Assembly (NCBI GenBank): GCA_038227875.1
Contig: JBBRPR010000040.1
Coordinates: forward strand, 16,057-80,056
Direction: 5' to 3'
Length of the DNA stretch: 64,000 nt
Origin: Planctomycetota bacterium
GTDB taxonomy: Bacteria > Planctomycetota > SZUA-567 > H5-PLA8
The notes beneath the pieces were generated by a model. That model searched no databases and had not been told where the DNA came from. It saw only the letters and a program-made list of their open reading frames with translations. Made by a program: the position numbers and the translations under genes. Shown here one piece after another: positions 39,092-49,144 of this stretch. Every line of letters starts with the position of its first letter. The stretch's first letter is position 1.

Positions 39092-39439
39092 TCATCCGTC
39101 CGACATGTCGGTGAGGATGAAGCGTTCCTCTTCCTGGTCTTTGATCAGGAGCTGGATGTTTTCCGGGCGCTTCCATTTTCTGCTTCTGACAAAATCGTCG
39201 AATGCGTTGACGTTCAGGTAATTGAATGCGCCTGCGAAAACTTCAGCGGGCATTACTTTTCCGGATTTCATCAGGCTCGATAGGCACGTCAGCTTTTCGT
39301 TCAATCTTTCATCCAACCACTGATTGATTTCTTTCACTGCTGGCAGATCGTCCGGAACCTCGCAAATGGGTTTATCGGTTTCGTCGTCGTAGTACTCGCC
39401 AAGCTCAACAATCAAGATGACCCCAGATACCCAGCTCAT
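39092..39439 (-). CDS. Small acidic hypothetical protein (immunity-like)
   Basis: AGGAG RBS before ATG 39439; GK...FAGAFNYL...W..PE..QL; lower GC. Confidence 0.6.
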   Translation of the reverse strand: MSWVSGVILIVELGEYYDDETDKPICEVPDDLPAVKEINQWLDERLNEKLTCLSSLMKSGKVMPAEVFAGAFNYLNVNAFDDFVRSRKWKRPENIQLLIKDQEEERFILTDMSDG

Positions 39440-39518
39440 TTGAATCTCCTCTACGCGGGATTGATGAGTCCGGCATAACGACGTTTGTGTCTCCATTTGT
39501 ATCGCATTGCATGCAGGA

Positions 39519-39747
39519 GCCGCAACCCCTTCGGGGTTGTGGTGTCTCTTGTGTTGCATGTCCCAGGGTAGCGCCTGCGGCGCAACCCTGGGCTTTGTAG
39601 CCGGAGCCCCGGTGGGGCTCGACGGACGGCGTTGTGTTCAGAAAACATGAAACGTACGGTGATCTCGCTCTTTCAGAGCTTCCGTAATACCGCGCGAATT
39701 TTCCAGGGGCGTTGCCCCTGGCTTTCACATTTCGCTCCGTTGGAGCA
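39519..39747. repeat. REP-like palindrome cluster
   Basis: CAACCCCTTCGGGGTTG, CCCAGGGT...ACCCTGGG, AGCCCC..TGGGGCT and CCAGGGGC..TGCCCCTGG. 39661-39747 resembles 38254-38337. Confidence 0.8.
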
Positions 39748-40021
39748 GTTGTGTTATGGCGCCGAAATCCTCGTAATGAGGTGAACGTCGCAGTGGCAGA
39801 AATTCAAAATTAAGAATTGAGAATTCAACATTGTCTTTGAATGCGGGTTTCCGGGCGGGCCGCCCGGACGACAAACGGCTTTGGCGCTCCTCACCTGTGC
39901 AGTCGGGCCGGCGTTGCGGCTTGGCTGTGGATTCTGGCGGTTTTTGTTCTCGTGATCGTGTAACCCGGGCTTAAGCTGGCTTCACTCATTTATAGCAAAT
40001 TATCTCGTCTCGGGGTGCGGT

Positions 40022-41170
40022 ATGGACAAGGTCGAGCAGGAAGGGTGCGCGCGGTTGTTCTCGGCGCTGTCGCAGCTCGACGATCCACAAAAAGGTTACG
40101 ACGAAGTGTTGAGCGCCATCTGCCAGATCGCCGGGACGACCAATGGCGGGCTGTGGGGCGTGCCTCAGAATTTTCTGGTCGCGCCGCACCTGGCGGATGT
40201 CAGTTACATCAAGCCCGACGACGGCTGCCACGAGATCCATTCCTACCTGCCGCAGTACCCGGCGTTTGAGTACATGGTTTCGAACTGGGCGAAGTTCAAC
40301 GTCTTCAAACCGATCGACGTGATCGGCTGGAACGCGTGGACGAATTCCGGATTTTACCAGGACTACCTGCGCCGCTACGACCGCAAGGACAACATCGTGG
40401 GCGTGATGCGCGATTCCAAGGGCGCGCCGCGCTGGTTTTTTTCGACGTGCCATACCGGGCGCAATGCGATCAAACCGGGGAGCGCGAAGTTGCTGGCCGA
40501 ATGGACGCCGCTGATCGCGCGCGGCCTGGAAAACCTGGAGCGGTTCCGCGAGCGGCTGGGCCGGTTGGAGAGCCTGGAGCTGATTGCGCAGAACACCGAT
40601 TCGGCGCTGGTCGTATTGAAGCTGGGCGCGCGCGGCGCGCGGCCGTCGCTGACGTGCGCGTCGGCTCCGGCGGCGCGGATCCTGGCGCTGGAATCGTGCG
40701 CGGTCGAGAAAAATCTGGAGCTGCAACAGTTGCTCCGCCTGAGCACGCACGCGCGCGGCCCGAGCAACAGCTATATCGAATGGACATCGCGCGCGGGGCA
40801 GAAGTATTCGCTGGTCGCAGTCGCAGGCGGCCCGGCGGCTCCGCCTGGAACACTACTGGTGCGAATGTTGCCGATCGCGCCGGCGCATTCGATCGCGTCC
40901 GACCGCGACGCGGCGCTGCGCAGCGGGTTGTCCAACCGCGAAGCGGACATTTTCGCGCTGCTGGCGAAGGGACTGGGCAACCGCGAGATCGGCCACGAGC
41001 TGCACATTTCTCCGAACACGGCGCGCACGCATATCGAGAACGTGTACGAGAAGCTGGGCGTGTCGAATCGCATTGAGGCGGTGAACAAGGTTCGCAACGC
41101 CAAGCCGCGGCGGGTGACCGCCATGTTGGATATCAAGAAGCCGGATGCGGGGCTTGCCGCGGAGGGATAG
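40022..41170 (+). CDS. LuxR-family transcriptional regulator (N-terminal GAF-like)
   Basis: LSNREADIFALLAKGLGNREIGHELHISPNTARTHIENVYEKLGV. Confidence 0.9.
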   Translation: MDKVEQEGCARLFSALSQLDDPQKGYDEVLSAICQIAGTTNGGLWGVPQNFLVAPHLADVSYIKPDDGCHEIHSYLPQYPAFEYMVSNWAKFNVFKPIDVIGWNAWTNSGFYQDYLRRYDRKDNIVGVMRDSKGAPRWFFSTCHTGRNAIKPGSAKLLAEWTPLIARGLENLERFRERLGRLESLELIAQNTDSALVVLKLGARGARPSLTCASAPAARILALESCAVEKNLELQQLLRLSTHARGPSNSYIEWTSRAGQKYSLVAVAGGPAAPPGTLLVRMLPIAPAHSIASDRDAALRSGLSNREADIFALLAKGLGNREIGHELHISPNTARTHIENVYEKLGVSNRIEAVNKVRNAKPRRVTAMLDIKKPDAGLAAEG

Positions 41171-41180
41171 CTGGACCCCG

Positions 41181-41215
41181 CCCCTTCCCTGCCCTTCCCT
41201 GCCCTTCCCTGCCCT
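41181..41215. repeat. 10-bp tandem repeat (GCCCTTCCCT) x ~3.5
   Basis: Directly visible after the LuxR stop codon. Confidence 0.85.
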
Positions 41216-41374
41216 GCCGCTATGAAATTTCGCGAAAAAACCATAGTCTTGTTCCCCCGTACCGGCGCCGCGAGTCTCACTGGTGGAACTGTTCGCAGTC
41301 CATCCGGCAAAACGAGATGGCGCGGAGTAGGGCTTAGTATGTGTACGTATTAAATGTCCGTCGAAGGAGACGCC

Positions 41375-42922
41375 ATGAAACACCTTGCCTGTCTTGCGCG
41401 CCTGCTGCCACTGCTGGCCGTGGCCAATCTGATTGCCGCAGACGCGCAGCTGGGCGCGACGGCGTTCAAGCCCACGCCCGAACATCCGCTGGGCTGGCGC
41501 GGCGATGGCACCGGGCGCTATCCCGCCGCGACGCCGCCGCTGACCTGGTCGCGCACCAAAAACGGCGCGGCGTACGCCACGAAGAATTTCGTCTGGTCGG
41601 CGCCGCTCCCCAATGCCGGCGTCTCGTCGCCGGTGATCGTCGGCGACAAGATCTTCCTCACCACGGAAGTCTTCGATCTCGTCTGTCTCGACAAGACCAG
41701 CGGCAAGGTGCTGTGGATCCGCTCGTGCCCGGAATTCGAAGGCCTGGACGCCGATGAGCTCAAAGCCACGCCGGCCTACGCGGAGAAGCTCGCGCCGCTG
41801 CTGCCGCAACTGGCTCAAGCCAACGCCGACGCCGTCGAAGCGCTTAATGGCAAGGCCGGCGGCGACGCGCTGGGCAAGAAGCGCGGGATCGAGAAGAAGA
41901 TCCAGGACGAACAGCTCGCCATCGACAAGAAAAAGTTTGACCGCTACTGGGGACAAGGCGTTTTCGGTTTCGCCGGACAGACGCCGTGCACCGACGGCAA
42001 GCACGTCTGCGTCTTCTTCACCACCGGCGTCGCAGCGTGCTTCGATCTCGACGGCAATCGCAAATGGATCCACCGCGGTTCCGGCGGCGGCAGTGAGCAC
42101 GGAAATTTTGCCAGCCCGATCCTCTGCGCCAACCGCTTCGCCGTCTGGGCCAACGAGATGCGCGGCTACGACGTCGAGACCGGCAAGCAGCTCTGGGCCA
42201 CACCGGCCAAGGCCAACAATTCCTATGGCTCGATGTTCCGCATGCAGGTCGGCAACGATCAGGTTGTGGCGTTTCAGTCCGGCTATTTCACGCGCGTGAG
42301 CGACGGCAAGCCCATCTTTGGCGACAACGTTTTCGGCGATTCGATCGAGACGCCGATCGTCGAAAACGGCATCCTCTTCGCCACGATGGGATATCCGAAA
42401 GCCAACGCCACCAACGGCGGCTTCAAGGCCTTCAAAATCCCCGCCAGTGAAACCGGGAAGCTCACGCCAGCCTATTCGTTCAAGGAGAACTGGGCCGAGA
42501 ACGAAATTCCCGTGATCAAGGACAAAGCGCCGTTCGAACGCAGCTTCTGCGCCTCGCCGCTGTTCGTCGACGGCCTGATCTACCGCATGACGGAAGCCGG
42601 CGGGTTGGTCGTCAACGACGCCTCCAACGGCGAGGTCGTCTACCGCAAGGTGCTGCCAATGAAGGCGAAGACGCAGTACTGGAACTGGGCCGGAGCCTCG
42701 ACCAGTCCCACGCTGGCTGGGAAGAACATTTACCTGATGGACAACCAGGGCGTGAGCGTCGTGATCGAGCCCGGCAAGGTGTACAAGGAACTGGCGAGAA
42801 ACGTGATCGAAGAAATGCCCGACGAAAAGAACCAGGCCCAGTTCCTGTCGACGCCCATCTTCGAAGGCCCCCGCATGTACTTCCGCACGCCCGGCTTCCT
42901 GTATTGCATCGGCGAGAAGTAA
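41375..42922 (+). CDS. Secreted PQQ-binding-like beta-propeller protein
   Basis: WRGDGTG, SSPVIVGDKIF, LDKTSGKVLW, ASP and STP repeats; AAGGAG RBS. Confidence 0.85.
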   Translation: MKHLACLARLLPLLAVANLIAADAQLGATAFKPTPEHPLGWRGDGTGRYPAATPPLTWSRTKNGAAYATKNFVWSAPLPNAGVSSPVIVGDKIFLTTEVFDLVCLDKTSGKVLWIRSCPEFEGLDADELKATPAYAEKLAPLLPQLAQANADAVEALNGKAGGDALGKKRGIEKKIQDEQLAIDKKKFDRYWGQGVFGFAGQTPCTDGKHVCVFFTTGVAACFDLDGNRKWIHRGSGGGSEHGNFASPILCANRFAVWANEMRGYDVETGKQLWATPAKANNSYGSMFRMQVGNDQVVAFQSGYFTRVSDGKPIFGDNVFGDSIETPIVENGILFATMGYPKANATNGGFKAFKIPASETGKLTPAYSFKENWAENEIPVIKDKAPFERSFCASPLFVDGLIYRMTEAGGLVVNDASNGEVVYRKVLPMKAKTQYWNWAGASTSPTLAGKNIYLMDNQGVSVVIEPGKVYKELARNVIEEMPDEKNQAQFLSTPIFEGPRMYFRTPGFLYCIGEK

Positions 42923-43105
42923 GCGCGCGGCGCTTAGCGCCGAGGGGTCAGGGTTCAGGGGCCAGGGGTCAGAGTTGGGTGTGCGCGGAGGAGTGATTTA
43001 GATTTTCGCGCGGTCGTGGCAAGAAGGCAGGAAAAAATACCCCCCTACGAGCGGTGCCACACGGGTGCGAGAGACGCGTCGTTTTCAAATTGGATCTAGA
43101 AGCAC

Positions 43106-43594
43106 ATGAAGGAACGCGCTTACAAGTACGTTGGAACGCCCGAAAAAATCCGGCCTGGCCAACTGGGCGTCAAAATCCAGACCGTCTCAGATATAGCCAA
43201 GGTGGGATTTGACATCCATATCGCCGCCACCACATTTACTTTCACCGTGGATGTAGAAGATATTTTTCGCTTGGCGCCACGAAGATCCGAACACGTGAAT
43301 TGTGCAGGAGGAAAGCCCGTACTCTCGGCCGGAGAGATTAGTCTGGAACAACGAAATGGACTGATTCAGGCAACAGCGATCTCCAATCATTCCACCGGAT
43401 ATTGTCCCGAAGCGGACTCATGGTCGGCCGTTCAACGAGCACTCAATCGCCTCGGAATCGTGCATTCGGGGCTGTTTACGACAGCACTTCTTTTCCGACG
43501 GTGCCCAGCCTGCAATCAGATCAATATCATTAAGGACCAGTGGTTTCACTGCGATGTTTGCGATGCGAAAATTCCAAGAGAACCGAATATCTGA
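43106..43594 (+). CDS. Hypothetical protein with C-terminal Zn ribbon
   Basis: RRSEHVNCAGG..VLSAGE...SNHSTGYCP...CPAC...CDVC; lower GC. Confidence 0.7.
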   Translation: MKERAYKYVGTPEKIRPGQLGVKIQTVSDIAKVGFDIHIAATTFTFTVDVEDIFRLAPRRSEHVNCAGGKPVLSAGEISLEQRNGLIQATAISNHSTGYCPEADSWSAVQRALNRLGIVHSGLFTTALLFRRCPACNQINIIKDQWFHCDVCDAKIPREPNI

Positions 43595-43747
43595 TGGTCC
43601 CACCCAACACGTGCACCTGCGACCGCCCCAATTCCGCATAACATTATGCAACATTTCGAAAGTTAATTCTTTACAAAGTATTTTCCCCACGCTAAGGTTC
43701 CACCCAGTTATTCAACGCCACACAACCCAATCGATAAGGAGCTCGCC

Positions 43748-45496
43748 ATGGACCAGACTCCCTCCTTCAACCGCGTCGCCACCTACGAGGAACTCCGCAC
43801 CAAAGGCGTTCTCGTCGTCCAGGGAAAGGACCGGCCGGTCGCGGTCTACGAACACGATGGTGCCGTCTCGGCTGTCGACAACCGTTGCCCGCACCTCGGC
43901 TTTCCGCTCCATAAGGGCACGGTCAAGGACGGCATCCTCACCTGCCACTGGCATCAGGCGCGCTTCGATCTCTGCAGCGGCTGCACCTTCGATCTCTTCG
44001 CCGACGACATTCCGTCATACGAAACCAAGGTTGAAAACGGCGTCGTCTTCGTCGCCAACATGCCGCGCGAACGCGCCGATGAGGCTTACCATCTCCGCCG
44101 CCTCCACAAGGGTATGGAACAGAACATCGGCCTGCTCCAAGCCAAGAGTTTGATCGGCCTGCTGAAGTCTCCGCACGCGTCCATCGACGAAGTGATCAAG
44201 GACATCGCGCGTTACGGCACGCAAAACCAGAATGTGCCCGGCGGCTTCACTGAACTGACGATCGCCGGAAATCTCCGCGGCGTCGCCGCTCAGGAAACGC
44301 AGTACTACCTGCTCCTCCGTGCCTCGCAGCAGATCGCCGGCGCGTCGCGCAATTCCAAGCGCCAGGTCCGCGAACCGCTCAGCGGCAGCGGCAAGGACTA
44401 TCCCTTCGAGACGCTGAAGCGCTGGCTCTACCAATGGGTGCAGGGCCGCGATCGCGACGGCGCGGAGCGCGTGCTGCTCACCGCCGTGCAGCAGCACATG
44501 CCGCAGGCGCAATTGGCCGAACTGATCTTCGGCGCGATCTCCGAGCGCGTCTACTGCGACACGGGGCACATTTTCGACTTCGCCAACAAGTGTTTTGAAC
44601 TGCTCGACCAGATCGGCTGGAACCTCGCGCCGGACATTCTGCCGCTGGCCGTCAACGGCATCGTCAGCGCGCGCGGGACGGAGGAGAATTCCAACTGGCA
44701 CTACCCGGTCGAAATCATCGAGCCGCTGCGCGCCATCGAACGCGACCTGCCGAAGATTCTGAAAGAAGGGCAGGGAAAGACCTGGAAGCCGGGCACCACA
44801 TTGAACACCGTGCTCCTCGGCGAAGATCCGCTCGCGATCATCGAAGCGCTGAAGTCGGCGCTCGCCGCCGGAGCCCCGCCGCTCGAATTGTCCAAGCGCA
44901 TCTGCTACTCCGCCGCGCTGCGGCTGGCGCGGTTTGCGAAGGCCAATGAAGTCGGCGACTGGTTCAACCCGCAACACACGTTCATCTACTCCAACGCTGT
45001 CCATCAGGCGCTGAAGCGCTCCACCGCCCCGGACGTGGTGCGCGCGGTCTTCCATGCGGCGCTCTCCGTTTACATGGACCGCTTCCTCAATGTTCCTCCA
45101 GCCAAGTTGCCGTCGGAGGGACCGAGTCTAGATGCGCTGCCGAAGGACGCGAAGGCGCTGCGCGACGAGCTGCTGCAGATACTCAACGCTCAATCGCGCA
45201 TCGACGAGGCCGCGAAGTACGTCGCGCGGTACGTGCAGCTGAAGCATCCCATCGATGCGCTGATCGACACGCTGGCGTTGGCGACGGTGCGAGAAGATTT
45301 GGATTTTCATACGCTTCAGGTCCTGGAAGCGGGGTATCAACAATATAAGGAATGGGAAGGTCAACCCGAGGCTGAAAACATCCTGGTCGGAGTGATCCGG
45401 GATCTCGCCGCTTTTTGTCCCACGCCCCGCGCGCGGCTGCGCACCGCAGTGACGGCGTTGAGACTGCACCACGGCGACAGCGTATTCGAAGAGTAA
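43748..45496 (+). CDS. Rieske [2Fe-2S] domain fused to a long helical His-repeat domain
   Basis: CPH...CHWH ligands; AAGGAG RBS. Confidence 0.85.
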   Translation: MDQTPSFNRVATYEELRTKGVLVVQGKDRPVAVYEHDGAVSAVDNRCPHLGFPLHKGTVKDGILTCHWHQARFDLCSGCTFDLFADDIPSYETKVENGVVFVANMPRERADEAYHLRRLHKGMEQNIGLLQAKSLIGLLKSPHASIDEVIKDIARYGTQNQNVPGGFTELTIAGNLRGVAAQETQYYLLLRASQQIAGASRNSKRQVREPLSGSGKDYPFETLKRWLYQWVQGRDRDGAERVLLTAVQQHMPQAQLAELIFGAISERVYCDTGHIFDFANKCFELLDQIGWNLAPDILPLAVNGIVSARGTEENSNWHYPVEIIEPLRAIERDLPKILKEGQGKTWKPGTTLNTVLLGEDPLAIIEALKSALAAGAPPLELSKRICYSAALRLARFAKANEVGDWFNPQHTFIYSNAVHQALKRSTAPDVVRAVFHAALSVYMDRFLNVPPAKLPSEGPSLDALPKDAKALRDELLQILNAQSRIDEAAKYVARYVQLKHPIDALIDTLALATVREDLDFHTLQVLEAGYQQYKEWEGQPEAENILVGVIRDLAAFCPTPRARLRTAVTALRLHHGDSVFEE

Positions 45497-45631
45497 CACA
45501 CACGCACGTATCCCACCCGGTTCCCTCACACGCGGCCCTCTCCCTTTTCCTGGGGAGAGGGTCCGCGGGTTGCCGAAGTTCCTTCCATCGCTATACTCGC
45601 GCCTCCGCAGCAGACCCGGGCTTTTCGAATC

Positions 45632-46903
45632 ATGAATGGAACGAAGGACTCACCCACGCATCTGTTCGGCGACGTCGCGACCGAACTGGGCCTGGTCACC
45701 GCTCAACACGTCGAACAGGCGCTGCTCACGCAGAAATCGATGCGCGAAAGAGCCGCGCAGGTTTCCAAATCGCGCGTGGGCGAAGTGCTGATCCTGATGG
45801 GCAAGCTCACTGTCGAACAGGTCAAGAACGTCCTCTCGGAGCAGCGCAAGCTCCGGCAGCTCGACGAAGACCGCAAGCTTCCCGTCGAAACCTTCGGCGA
45901 CTACAAATTGATCTCCAAGCTCGGCGAAGGCGGCATGGGCGCTGTCTACAAGGCCGAAGAACCGCTGGCGCATCGCACCGTCGCGCTGAAAGTCCTGCGC
46001 CCGGTTCTGGCGAGCAACACCGCGTTCATCGAACGCTTCGACCGCGAATCGAAAATGGCCGGCTCGCTCTCGCATCCCAACATCGTCGCCTGCCACTCTG
46101 CCGGCACCATCCGTGGGATTCAGTACCTGGTGATGGAATTCGTCGACGGCGAAACGCTCAACGGCCGCATGAAACGCAGCGGCGGCAAGCTCCCCGAAAA
46201 GGACGCACTGCGCATCGCCCGCGATGTCGCCCGCGCGCTGGCCCATGCGCATCAGTGCGGCATCGTTCACCGCGACATCAAGCCCGACAACATCCTCATC
46301 GGCAAAGACGGCACCGTGAAGCTCAGTGACTTCGGCACCGCCAAATCGCTCCTGCTGGAAACTGGACTGACCCACACCGGCCAGGTGATCGGCACGCCCA
46401 ATTACATCTCGCCCGAACAGGTCCGCGCCGACCCCGACATCGACGCCCGCGCCGATCTCTATTCGCTCGGCGCCACGCTCTACCACGTCCTGACCGGCCA
46501 GCTCCCGTTCCAGGCCGCATCGCGGATGGAAATCATGCGCGCGCATTTAAAGCAGCAGTTGGAAAGCCCGCTCGACTTGAATCCCGATCTCTCCGATGGC
46601 GCCGTGGCCATCGTGGTCAAGCTGATGGCCAAATCGCGCGAGAAGCGTTACCAGTCCGCCGCCGACCTGATCGAAGACCTCGACTTCGTCCTTGCCGACG
46701 CCGACACCAAGCATTCCGCCATCGACGTCAACGAATCCTGCATCCGCCCACCCCGCCGCAAGCGCCGCAAGAAGGGCGCTCAGGCAGAGGGGTGTCTGGG
46801 GATGATTGTTGTGGTGGTTCTGCTGCTCGCCGCGGTGGTGAACGGAAGGACTGAGGGCGGAGGACTGCGGACTGAGGTTACGGCGCGTCGCTTCGCTCGT
46901 TAA
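45632..46903 (+). CDS. Hanks-type Ser/Thr protein kinase with MshEN-like N-terminus
   Basis: GEGGMG, VALK, HRDIKPDN, DFG, GTPNYISPE; C-terminal TM segment. Confidence 0.93.
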   Translation: MNGTKDSPTHLFGDVATELGLVTAQHVEQALLTQKSMRERAAQVSKSRVGEVLILMGKLTVEQVKNVLSEQRKLRQLDEDRKLPVETFGDYKLISKLGEGGMGAVYKAEEPLAHRTVALKVLRPVLASNTAFIERFDRESKMAGSLSHPNIVACHSAGTIRGIQYLVMEFVDGETLNGRMKRSGGKLPEKDALRIARDVARALAHAHQCGIVHRDIKPDNILIGKDGTVKLSDFGTAKSLLLETGLTHTGQVIGTPNYISPEQVRADPDIDARADLYSLGATLYHVLTGQLPFQAASRMEIMRAHLKQQLESPLDLNPDLSDGAVAIVVKLMAKSREKRYQSAADLIEDLDFVLADADTKHSAIDVNESCIRPPRRKRRKKGAQAEGCLGMIVVVVLLLAAVVNGRTEGGGLRTEVTARRFAR

Positions 46904-46913
46904 GTTTGCCAAA

Positions 46914-46943
46914 CAAAAACTCCCCGCGAGCGGGGAGTTTTTG
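46914..46943. terminator. Bidirectional intrinsic terminator
   Basis: CAAAAACTCCCCG-cgag-CGGGGAGTTTTTG between convergent genes. Confidence 0.85.
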
Positions 46944-46965
46944 GTCCTCAGTCCTCAGCCTTCTG

Positions 46966-48156
46966 TTATTTCCCCGCCTTCTCAATCGCCTCGAGCACCG
47001 TGTTGGCAATAATCTGATGCCCCGGAGCGGCCATGTGCGTCTTGTCATCGACATACAGCCGTTCCTTGTTCTCCTTGCCTTCGCGATGAAAGGCCGTGTA
47101 GATGTCGCAGATTCCCGCGTTCTTCGCGGCGGCGGCTTTCTTCACTGCGTCGGCCATTTCCGCCATCTCGTCCCAGCGCGATGCCGCCGGCGCGGTCGTG
47201 ATCAGCAGGACGTCGGCGCTGCCATGCGTGAACCGGCGGATGCGGTCGACCAGTTCCGCGTTGATCTTCTCGAACTGTGCGCCGCGCACGGCGGAATCCC
47301 AATCGTTAAAGCCGTAGCAGACGGTCACCAGGTCCGGCTCGGGCGCGGGTTTGAGCCACCGCGGGAAAATCACTTCGCCCTGGCGCATGATCGAACCGCC
47401 GACGGCCGGGTTGACGATGGTCACTTCGCCTTTGTACTTGGCTTTGAGCAGATCCTTGAGAATCGTCGGCCAGTTCGTCTGCTTGTTGGCCCAGTGCGCG
47501 TAGTCGGTGAGCGAATCGCCCATCGTCACGATGGTGACCGGCTTGCCGGCCTTCAACTTCGCCAGCACGCGCGCAAGCGGATCGCCGGCCGGTTTGTAAT
47601 CCTTGGTGTCCAGTTCGATCGTCGGTTCCAGGCGGATGTCATCGATGGCGTACGTGTGCGCCGCGTAGTCTTTCCAGAAGAACCATTTGCCAAACCAGAT
47701 CGGTCCGAGCTTCGACGGCGTGAAGGGTTCGGGTGCGTCATGAGCGATGACCGAAACCAGATCGCGCCACGGCACCACAACCTTCTTCCACTCCGTGCTG
47801 TCGATCGGAAACGCGAGCGTGTAGCGCACCGCGTAGTCTTCGCCGTAGACGAACTGCAGCCCGCCGAGATGATCGGAGCCGTCGCCTTTCACCCAGAACG
47901 AAAACCCGGCCGCCTTGTCCCACTCCGGAGTGGCGCGCGTCTTCCCCGGAAAGAAAATTCCGCTGCAGGCGTCGGCGAACGTGAACTCAATGGCCTTCCC
48001 CACTTTGCCGTCGACGGCCTTCAGCGTGCCCTTTTCCTTGGGCGCCGAGAACGACGAGACGTCGTCCATGCTGTCGATCACCGCCCCTTCCGCCGCGACC
48101 AGCGAACCCGCTGAAAGGAGGAACACCAACAAACACAACCCGTAGCGCATGCGCAA
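46966..48156 (-). CDS. Secreted SGNH/GDSL hydrolase with N-terminal CBM11-like domain
   Basis: SFWVKGDGS...IDDIRL; MGDSLT, GFND, DKTH. Confidence 0.85.
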   Translation of the reverse strand: MRMRYGLCLLVFLLSAGSLVAAEGAVIDSMDDVSSFSAPKEKGTLKAVDGKVGKAIEFTFADACSGIFFPGKTRATPEWDKAAGFSFWVKGDGSDHLGGLQFVYGEDYAVRYTLAFPIDSTEWKKVVVPWRDLVSVIAHDAPEPFTPSKLGPIWFGKWFFWKDYAAHTYAIDDIRLEPTIELDTKDYKPAGDPLARVLAKLKAGKPVTIVTMGDSLTDYAHWANKQTNWPTILKDLLKAKYKGEVTIVNPAVGGSIMRQGEVIFPRWLKPAPEPDLVTVCYGFNDWDSAVRGAQFEKINAELVDRIRRFTHGSADVLLITTAPAASRWDEMAEMADAVKKAAAAKNAGICDIYTAFHREGKENKERLYVDDKTHMAAPGHQIIANTVLEAIEKAGK

Positions 48157-48272
48157 TCATCCCCGAAGAAGTATGGAACTGTCGGCAATCACAGCACCTG
48201 ATTACACCATTCGCGGAAAAACGTCGCGTGATAAAAACGCGCAGAGAAACTGTGGCATTAAGTACCGCACCC

Positions 48273-48995
48273 CTAGCTTCGCAGTTCTGAACTGGGCGGG
48301 GCGCCCACAATCCTGCGGAACGCGCGTGAAAAATAATAGGGGTCGGAAAAGCCGCATAGGCGGCTGGTTTCCTTGATCGAAAACCCGCCCAACCCCAGCA
48401 GCCGCCGCGCCTGGTTGATCCGGTGCTGCAGGAGGAACTGCACTGGAGCCGCGCCGTACTCCCGGGCGAACGCGCGCCGCAAGTGCGACGGCGATACTGG
48501 CAGTGCGTTCATCGCCGCGCCGACGGAGAATTCCGGATTCGCCCAGCCGCGCTGGATCGCGTCGCGCAACGTCGTCACGGCGGGGTGGGTGGTCGCCGGG
48601 TCTTCTTTCGACAAATAAAGCAGCAGCACGTCGAACAGCTGTCCGGCAATTCGCCGCGATTGTGCCGTCTGGTGGTTCCACTCGTCGACCATAACTTCTC
48701 CCAGCCGCAACATCGCTCCGTCGCGGTCTTCACACCGCCGCACGCGAGTGGGACTGAACGGCACATCGTTGGAAGCCGCGAAGAGCGAAATGAAGCCGTG
48801 CTCCGAAGTCTCCGCGTAGGGCGTTCTGGGCGGCACGCACAGCACCGTGCCGGGTTGAAACGGAATGCTCTCACCGTCAAAGTGCGCCGCGCCGCGTCCG
48901 AAGCAATACAGGATAAAAATCCAGGGTTCGTGCTGATGCACTGGCAGCGACTGAACAGGATGGGCTGGTCGCCCGGCGTACTTCAGATTCGCCAT
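48273..48995 (-). CDS. AraC-family transcriptional regulator
   Basis: Cupin N-terminus; CGFSDPYYFSRAFRRIVGAPPS. Confidence 0.92.
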   Translation of the reverse strand: MANLKYAGRPAHPVQSLPVHQHEPWIFILYCFGRGAAHFDGESIPFQPGTVLCVPPRTPYAETSEHGFISLFAASNDVPFSPTRVRRCEDRDGAMLRLGEVMVDEWNHQTAQSRRIAGQLFDVLLLYLSKEDPATTHPAVTTLRDAIQRGWANPEFSVGAAMNALPVSPSHLRRAFAREYGAAPVQFLLQHRINQARRLLGLGGFSIKETSRLCGFSDPYYFSRAFRRIVGAPPSSELRS

Positions 48996-49144
48996 GATTC
49001 ATTCCCACTGGGTCTCAAAAGATCGAAAAGTCCATCTTCTTGCGCACTGGCTCCATTGCAGAGCGCATGGAAATAGAGGTAAATTGTGCCATGAAACGAC
49101 GCTGCTTCCAACTTCAAAACATCTCATTCAAGGAGAACTAAATA

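Noticed and set aside
39440..39559. Longer N-terminus for the 39092 ORF
   Set aside because: The extension runs through a REP-like palindrome; the RBS supports ATG 39439.
32700..39750. Integron cassette array
   Set aside because: Genes are in mixed orientation, no consistent RYYYAAC...GTTRRRY attC sites were seen, and there is no integrase.
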